Source: Candidatus Cloacimonadales bacterium
GTDB lineage: Bacteria > Cloacimonadota > Cloacimonadia > Cloacimonadales > JAFGVF01
Direction: 5' to 3'
Length of the DNA: 64,000 nt
Assembly: GCA_963662585.1 (NCBI GenBank)
Contig: OY759729.1
Location: 96,001-160,000, forward strand
Positions 57,363 through 64,000 of this stretch are shown here, one piece after another. The position numbers and the translations under genes are program-made. Numbering within the stretch: the stretch's first letter is position 1; every line of letters starts with the position of its first letter. The notes under the pieces were generated by a model, which did no database searches, was not told where the DNA came from, and was given only the letters and a program-made list of their open reading frames with translations.

Positions 57363-57956
57363 ATGAATGTGCAAGACTTCTTTGGTAAGCATAATGGCTA
57401 TGCCAGAATGAACGATTTGAAAGAGAATGGATTTCACACCAGAGTTATTGCTAAAGCTCTGAGTGATAACATTATTGAAAAAGTTAAACCAGGACTTTAT
57501 AAGCTAGTAGATTATGAGTGGGATGAGAATAGTAGCTTTGTTGATATTACTAAAGTAAACTCCAAGGCAGTAATCTGTCTAAATTCTGCCCTACATTACT
57601 ACAATCTCTCGACAATAAACCCTAATCTTGTACATGTTGCTGTTCCAAATAATACAGCAAGGTTTTCTCTTGATTACCCTCCAGTAAAGCTATTCTATTT
57701 CTCTGATACAATATATCCACCAGAAATAATTGAAATTAAAGGGTCTAATGGTTCTTTCAAAATTTACTCGATAGAGAAAACAATCTGTGATGCTTTTAGA
57801 TATCGTAAAAGAATAGGAGAAGATCTTGCTCTTGAAGCACTAAAGAATTATATGAGAAGAAAAGAATCAGATCTAAATAGACTTTATAAAGTAGCTAAAG
57901 AGTGTAAGATTGATAAAGTTATTGAACCATACATTAAAGCAATGGTGATTGAATGA
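57363..57956 (+). CDS. abiEi: Type IV TA antitoxin AbiEi
   Basis: wHTH (IEKVKPGLY), SALHYYNLS and YSIEKTICDAFRYR; ATG 57363 after AAGGGG; overlaps the toxin start. Confidence 0.9.
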   Translation: MNVQDFFGKHNGYARMNDLKENGFHTRVIAKALSDNIIEKVKPGLYKLVDYEWDENSSFVDITKVNSKAVICLNSALHYYNLSTINPNLVHVAVPNNTARFSLDYPPVKLFYFSDTIYPPEIIEIKGSNGSFKIYSIEKTICDAFRYRKRIGEDLALEALKNYMRRKESDLNRLYKVAKECKIDKVIEPYIKAMVIE

Positions 57957-58855
57957 TGGCTAAGAATATAGCATCATCAGTAAGAGCTAGACTGTTAGTT
58001 ATAGCAAAAAAAAGTAACCGTGATTTTAACGCTGTTTTGTTGCAATACTTTCAAGAAAGATTCTTATATAGATTATCAATTTCAGAGTCTAAAGAGAATT
58101 TTGTTCTAAAAGGTGCTATGCTTTTTAGGATATATGAAATGCCAGCATCTCGTCCTACTTTAGACATAGACTTCCTATGTAGAAATACTGATAATTCTGA
58201 AGAGAATCTGAATTCGTTAATAAAAGAGATTCTATCAATTGAGTGTAATGATGGGGTAACATTTGATGGTGACTCTATAAGCTCAGAAATTATCAAAGAA
58301 ATTGATGAGTATCAAGGAGTCAGAATATTCTGCCTAGCTTATTTAGGTAAAGCTAAAACCAGACTTCATTTTGATATAGGTTTTGGAGATAAAGTTTTTC
58401 CAGATCCAGCATTATTAGAATTCCCTGTTCTACTAGAAGACCTGCCAATCCCTAAGATCATAGCATATTCACCAGAAACAGCCATTGCAGAAAAGTTTGA
58501 AGCAATTGTGTCATTAGGAATATTCACTAGCAGACTGAAGGATTTCTTTGATATCTACTATATGTCTCAAAACTACAAGTTCTCTTCAGATAACTTAAGA
58601 GAGGCAATCATGATTACCTTTGATAATAGGGAGTCGGATATTAGCAACAGAAATTTTGTTTTCTCGGACGAATTCAAACAGGATAAGAATAAAAGGCAAC
58701 AATGGAAAGCATTTTTAAACAGAATAAGTTCAGAGATTCCATTATCATTTGGTGAGTGCCTTGAATATATTGAGATCTTTTTAGAACCAATTCTAACTGA
58801 TGAGTTAGATGATTATCTTTGGGACAGAGACGGTTTAAAATGGTTAAAGAAATAA
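57953..58855 (+). CDS. abiEii: Type IV TA toxin AbiEii nucleotidyltransferase
   Basis: ERFLYRLS, FVLKGA, RPTLDIDF, AEKFEAI and SRLKDFFDIY. Confidence 0.92.
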   Translation: MMAKNIASSVRARLLVIAKKSNRDFNAVLLQYFQERFLYRLSISESKENFVLKGAMLFRIYEMPASRPTLDIDFLCRNTDNSEENLNSLIKEILSIECNDGVTFDGDSISSEIIKEIDEYQGVRIFCLAYLGKAKTRLHFDIGFGDKVFPDPALLEFPVLLEDLPIPKIIAYSPETAIAEKFEAIVSLGIFTSRLKDFFDIYYMSQNYKFSSDNLREAIMITFDNRESDISNRNFVFSDEFKQDKNKRQQWKAFLNRISSEIPLSFGECLEYIEIFLEPILTDELDDYLWDRDGLKWLKK

Positions 58856-59182
58856 TGTTTTTTTCGAAATGTGTTCTTTGCTAAATTACTCATTCACCTT
58901 GAAGCTTTGTTAACTACATCATCACAATCAGTGATATTTAAGCCACCTCAGCAACCATCTTTATATCTTATATAATTCTTTCAGATTAGTGTTGTTTTTA
59001 TCAATATTTATTTTTTATCATGTTTAAGTTATAAGTAAAGAGACAAATAACATGTCTTATAACATTTTTTTGAAAAATTATTTATATTTACCAAAAGAAA
59101 AACGATGAGGAATGTAATTTATCATATTCTAATCAAAGAGATGTTGTATTTCTTTCTTGGGTACAGAAAATTAATGATAAAA

Positions 59183-60759
59183 CAGGCATACCCCCAAAAA
59201 ACTTTGATATAATATAGTGAACTTTAAATTTTATAGTAAGTTAGATATAAAAATTGTCTAAAAAGATTGATTTATAGGTATTACGAATAAACTTAAACTT
59301 TTCTATTAAAATTACGAGAACGCTTGCAAACAAGGCTAATATTAAGACACTTTTAGAAATAGTATAACTAATTGATAGATAATAAAATAAGAAAAATAAT
59401 CCTTGCAAAAAAAGTGCTCCTAAATACAATTAGATTATCTACCAAATAATTTCTAAAGGAGCAATTTAACAATGAATTTAAAAAAACAGAATATAATAAA
59501 ATTACAAGGTAAATTTTCAAAAAGAGTAAAAAAATATTCAGTAGGCTTAACTATTCCTGAGCATAAAGCCTTGAAAGATATAACGAAAGGAGTCATTTCA
59601 AGTAGCTCGGTTATTGTTCGACAAATAGCAACAAGTTTACATGAAAAAATTAGTTTAGATAAAGTATGTGAGAGATTATATAGAAACCTAAAGAATGAGA
59701 AAATTGGAAAAGTGGTAAGTGAAAATTTGTTAAAATACAACAGTGCAAAAGCTACCAATGACACATATTTTATAGTTGATGAATCAGATATATTGAAGCC
59801 AGAATCAAATAAGTTAGAAGGACTATCAAGAGTTAGAGATGGTTCTACCGGACAAAGAGCGAAAGGTTATCATTTACTTAATATTGCATCACTAACAGAT
59901 AAGGGTAAGAATTATTCAATACTCCCAATATGCAGTCAATTATATAGTAATATTATAAAAGAAGATACTTCTAAAATATACTTGAAGATAGAATTATAGA
60001 TATTACTATTCACAGTAATAATAAAGGTATTTTTGTGTTTGATAGAGGTTATGATAGCCGTAAGTTAATAACTTTACTTTCAAATAATGAAAATAACTAT
60101 ATAATTAGAAGGACAGGTAAGAGATCTTTTATTGAGGATAATACCGAAGTTAGCTTTTCATCAGTAGTAAGACAAATTAAACTTAAACATGAGTTTAAAA
60201 CATCTGATAATAAAACTTTTAATTGCGGAACAAAGAGAATGAAAATAAGAATTAATCCACATAAACTTAAGCATCCAGATATAGTTGAAGCAAACTTAGT
60301 TGTTGTAAGGCATGGTAAAAAAGGAGGCTTGTTTTATTTTCTATGTAACTTTAATGATAGCACAATGACAGACTATGAAATAATATTAAAAGCTGTTAAA
60401 GGATACAGAAAAAGATGGAAAATCGAAGAGTTCCATAGACATATCAAGCAGGAGTTTAATTAGGAAAAAGTTCAGCTGATGTCTGATGTAGGATTGAAAA
60501 ATATTAATGTTATATTAATGGTGGCAGTAGATATAGTTTATTCTACAATAAAATATCTGGAAGAACTTTTATATCAATTCCCTGAGTTCGGTAGCACTAA
60601 TTATAAGAATCATACCTATGTCTATTACAAACTGAGTAGAATCATAAAGCACATATTTAATAACACTAAATTGAATAAAATTATACCGCACAAGGGGGAA
60701 TATCATGACAAGCTACAACTACGGATCAATTTCTTATAAAAATAATGGGGGTATGCCAG
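59183..60759 (+). mobile_element. IS4-like insertion sequence, copy 2 (1,577 bp)
   Basis: Same terminal inverted repeats and near-identical sequence to 45830-47406. Confidence 0.92.
59472..60739 (+). pseudogene. IS4-like DDE transposase with frameshift and nonsense mutation
   Basis: 1-nt deletion near 59974 (CTAAAAT versus CTAAGAAT) and TGG>TAG at 60461. Confidence 0.9.
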
Positions 60760-60776
60760 TAATTTGAACAACATTC
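60760..60776 (+). repeat. Right 17-bp target site duplication
   Basis: TAATTTGAACAACATTC, identical to 45813-45829. Confidence 0.9.
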
Positions 60777-60779
60777 CTA

Positions 60780-60807
60780 TTGACATCTTTCACCTTAAAA
60801 TTATCCT
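60780..60807 (+). promoter_or_regulatory. Putative sigma70 promoter of the carboxypeptidase gene
   Basis: TTGACA-N16-TATCCT, then GAGGAG RBS before ATG 60844. Confidence 0.4.
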
Positions 60808-60843
60808 AGTTATAAGAAAGATATTAATGAGGAGTTTCTATCT

Positions 60844-63198
60844 ATGAAACAGAGATTTTTTTTACTTATAGTTCTATTACTCACAACTATTATCAATATT
60901 TATGGTATTGACTACACTGAATACTACTTCCAAGTACCTTACGAAAGCAAGAAGATGATCAATGAACTTAATGAGATTTGCTCTGTAGACAATTTTAACG
61001 ACCAATTTGTCTATGCTTATGCAAATCCTAAGCAATTTATTGAAGTTACCCAACGCTTTCCTAATTTTAAGTTATTAACCAACCCTTCTTCCGAATTCAA
61101 TATCGAAGTTGCTCAAAGCAGAAATGAAATGAGAGAATGGGATTCATATCCTAGTTATTCTACTTATGTAGAGATGATGAATCAATTTGCGATCGACTAT
61201 CCAAATCTTTGCACAGTAGAGAGTATTGGTACTTCTGTAGATAACAGAGAGTTGTTAGTTGCTAAAATTTCAGATAATGTTAGTATAGAAGAGGCTGAAC
61301 CAAAGTTCTTTTATTCTGGGCAAATGCACGGTGATGAGATAGTTTGTTCCATTCTTTTCTTAAGATTAATTGATTATTTATTATCCAACTATGGTACTGA
61401 TCAAGAAATAACAGACATTGTTAATAATACTCAGATTTTTATTAATCCTTTGTCAAATCCTGATGGCTTATACACAGATAATGATAACACTATTAATGGT
61501 GCCACACGCTACAATGCCAATGGTGTTGATTTAAACAGAAATTTTCCTGCTCCTACTGGTGATGATCACCCAGATGATAATGCTTGGCAAGTAGAAAATA
61601 TCGCAATGATGGACTTTGCTTCCCAACATAATTTTGTGATGTCCTCTAATTCTCATAGTGGAGCTGTAGTAATAAATTATCCTTGGGATACTTGGTCTCG
61701 GCTTCATACAGATGATGCCTGGTTTCAATTCGTAAGCAGAATCTATGCCGACACCGTACATGAGAATGCTCCTTCTCCCTATATGACTGATTTTGAAAAT
61801 GGGATTACAAATGGTTATGCTTGGTATCAAACTTTGGGAAGCAGACAGGATTGGTTTAATTATGAAAGAAATTGTCGAGAAATTACTATTGAGCTATCGT
61901 TTAATAAAACAGTGCCAGCTAATCAACTCAATGCTCACTGGGATTATAACTATCAAGCAATGATAGAATGGCTAAAACAGGTTAATTATGGTATTAAAGG
62001 TATAGTTACTGATAATTCAGGAAATCCTGTTGAAGCAAAAATTGAAATATTAGACCATGATCTTGATCAAGATAGATCTTTTGTCTTCAGCTCTCCCCTC
62101 TTAGGTGATTATTATAGACCAATCATTGCTGGTAACTATAGTGTTAAATTTTCAGCTGAAGGCTATGAGTCACAGATAATTGAAAATGTAGAAGTTGCAA
62201 ATAATTCTAGTACAGAAGTGGATGTAATATTAAATGAATCTATAGTTACTTCTTTTACAGGCTATGTTTATGACATGGATTCTAATCCAATCAACAATGC
62301 AACTATTATTTTATCTGATTTATCTGTACATGAAACAAATAGTGATGCAACAGGATATTTTCAGGTCTCACCTCTTTACAGTGGTTCATATAATTTAACT
62401 GTTTCAGCTCCAGGCTATCAAAGCGTTTATCAAAATGTAACTGTTTCAGAGAATTCAGAAGCTGTATCTTTCTACTTAGCTGAATCTACTGCTATTAGTT
62501 TTGAAAATGAACTTAGTACAGATTGGTATTCGACATCTTCAGCTACTTGGACAAGAAATAATGAGGAAGCTTATGATGGAAATTATTCCTTGAAATCAGC
62601 TTCTATTGGCAATGAAAGTAGCACGAATATTCAAATAGAGCTAGAGACTCAGCAATCAGTAATTTCCTTCTATTACAAAGTTTCATCTGAGGAAGGATAC
62701 GATTATTTTAACTTTTACATTAATGATAATATTATCTCAACTTGGAGTGGAGAAGTTGATTGGAGCTATGTTGAATATCCAATTTCAGCTGGTTTAAATA
62801 CTTTCAAATGGGAATACGCCAAAGATCAATCCGTTCAAGAAGGAAGTGATTGTGCTTGGATTGATTTTGTTCAATTACCAAGCTTAACTGATAATGAGAT
62901 TAATGAGGATATTGCTGAGCTTGTAACTCCTCTTACTTGTTATCCTAATCCTTTTAACCCAGAAATTAATATTAGATTTTATCAATCAAAGACTAACCCT
63001 ATTCCCAAAATTACTATTTATAATATCAAAGGACAAAAAGTTACTGAATTTAATGATATATCTTCTGATTCCGGCTATCATACTATAATTTGGAAGGGTG
63101 AAGATTCTAATCAAGTAAAAGTAGCATCAGGAATATATTTCGTGATTTCGGATAATGGGATCAAGAAACAAACAAATAAAATAGTATTAATGAAGTAG
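60844..63198 (+). CDS. Secreted M14 zinc carboxypeptidase (N/E subfamily, CPG70-like) with C-terminal FlgD/T9SS-like domain
   Basis: Signal peptide, MHGDE, NPDG, DLNRNFP, NSHSG, GSRQDW, ITIELS; two carboxypeptidase-regulatory repeats; CYPNPFNP..IYNIKGQKV..W.G.D..VASGIYF. Confidence 0.92.
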   Translation: MKQRFFLLIVLLLTTIINIYGIDYTEYYFQVPYESKKMINELNEICSVDNFNDQFVYAYANPKQFIEVTQRFPNFKLLTNPSSEFNIEVAQSRNEMREWDSYPSYSTYVEMMNQFAIDYPNLCTVESIGTSVDNRELLVAKISDNVSIEEAEPKFFYSGQMHGDEIVCSILFLRLIDYLLSNYGTDQEITDIVNNTQIFINPLSNPDGLYTDNDNTINGATRYNANGVDLNRNFPAPTGDDHPDDNAWQVENIAMMDFASQHNFVMSSNSHSGAVVINYPWDTWSRLHTDDAWFQFVSRIYADTVHENAPSPYMTDFENGITNGYAWYQTLGSRQDWFNYERNCREITIELSFNKTVPANQLNAHWDYNYQAMIEWLKQVNYGIKGIVTDNSGNPVEAKIEILDHDLDQDRSFVFSSPLLGDYYRPIIAGNYSVKFSAEGYESQIIENVEVANNSSTEVDVILNESIVTSFTGYVYDMDSNPINNATIILSDLSVHETNSDATGYFQVSPLYSGSYNLTVSAPGYQSVYQNVTVSENSEAVSFYLAESTAISFENELSTDWYSTSSATWTRNNEEAYDGNYSLKSASIGNESSTNIQIELETQQSVISFYYKVSSEEGYDYFNFYINDNIISTWSGEVDWSYVEYPISAGLNTFKWEYAKDQSVQEGSDCAWIDFVQLPSLTDNEINEDIAELVTPLTCYPNPFNPEINIRFYQSKTNPIPKITIYNIKGQKVTEFNDISSDSGYHTIIWKGEDSNQVKVASGIYFVISDNGIKKQTNKIVLMK

Positions 63199-63210
63199 GA
63201 TATTGAACAA

Positions 63211-64000
63211 ATGTGTGAGGCAAATCCTTGTATTCAAAATATAGTTGATGAGATTATTCAGTTAATCCCAACTTTAGATATTGCTTTATTCAAGCAAGCT
63301 ATCAAAATAGCTGGAAAAGCACACACAAAACAGAAAAGATTATCAGGGGAGAATTATATTATTCATCCCCTGAATGTTGCTTTAATTCTAGCTAAAATGA
63401 ATTCTGACACAGAAACCATTTGTGCTGCCATACTTCATGATACCTTAGAAGATACGCATTTAACTGAATCTGATATTAGACAAGAGTTTGGTGATACCAT
63501 TTTTAGATTAGTTGAGGGAGTAACCAAGTTAGATACTTATCACTATGTGCATAAAAAAGATCAGATTATTAAGCAAGCAGAGAACTTTAGAAAGCTTTTA
63601 TTATTCACCTTGAGAGATGTAAGAGTCTTGATTATCAAACTAGCAGACAGACTTCATAACATGAGAACAATCTCTTTTATGGAGCCAGCTAAACAAGTAA
63701 AAATTGCACAAGAGACTTTAGAAATTTATGCTCCACTTGCCAACAGATTTGGGCTCTCAGTTATCAAAAGTGAACTTGAAAACATCTCATTTAAAATTAT
63801 TAATCCTGCTGAATATGATATTATTGAAAGAATGATAATAGAAAAAAGTACTAGTAGAGAGCTATATATCAAAAATGTTATTAAAGAAACCGTGCTGGAA
63901 TTAGGTAAATATGATTTTGATTTTGATATCCATGGAAGAAGCAAAGATTATTATTCTATCTATCAAAAACATCTCCGTAAAAATATTTCTTATGAAGATA
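63211..64000 (+). CDS. RelA/SpoT homologue, 5' part (runs off the window)
   Basis: Manual translation AHTKQKRLSGENYIIHPLNVA, LHDTLEDT, LVEGVTKL, IKLADRLHNMRT, ETLEIYAPLANRFG, GRSK. Confidence 0.93.
   Translation, partial: MCEANPCIQNIVDEIIQLIPTLDIALFKQAIKIAGKAHTKQKRLSGENYIIHPLNVALILAKMNSDTETICAAILHDTLEDTHLTESDIRQEFGDTIFRLVEGVTKLDTYHYVHKKDQIIKQAENFRKLLLFTLRDVRVLIIKLADRLHNMRTISFMEPAKQVKIAQETLEIYAPLANRFGLSVIKSELENISFKIINPAEYDIIERMIIEKSTSRELYIKNVIKETVLELGKYDFDFDIHGRSKDYYSIYQKHLRKNISYED

Larger units (their letters stand above)
45830..60759 (+). mobile_element. Composite transposon bounded by two direct IS copies
   Basis: Outer IS ends abut a perfect 17-bp direct repeat; inner flanks do not match each other or the repeat. 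Confidence 0.85.

Overview
AT-rich bacterial chromosome segment. The FlgD/T9SS-like C-terminal domain and the style of the giant Ig-rich surface proteins suggest Cloacimonadota or a related FCB lineage (inference). 1-17 kb is housekeeping: UMF1-type MFS, recF, dnaN, a PASTA protein, rsmB, ruvA, a methyltransferase, ruvC, yebC, EF-G2, flavodoxin, an epimerase, class 3 FBPase and a VOC-nitroreductase fusion. 17-43 kb holds a soluble-adenylyl-cyclase-like STAND/TPR protein downstream of a 21.7-kb gene for a ~7,250-aa secreted mosaic protein, whose beta-helix carries nine invariant NIRVRHTTNTSR motifs. Next come ettA and a candidate ~175-nt structured RNA. 45830-60759 is a 14.9-kb composite transposon: two 1,577-bp IS4-like copies, each with a differently broken transposase, bounded by a perfect 17-bp target duplication. 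It carries a defence-island-like cargo (two PD-(D/E)xK nucleases, DUF1643, AbiEi/AbiEii, RhuM and tyrosine-recombinase relics) plus a secreted PKD/LamG/FN3 protein. The window ends with a CPG70-like M14 carboxypeptidase and a partial RelA/SpoT gene missing from the ORF track. All calls come from motif recognition by eye; no searches were run.
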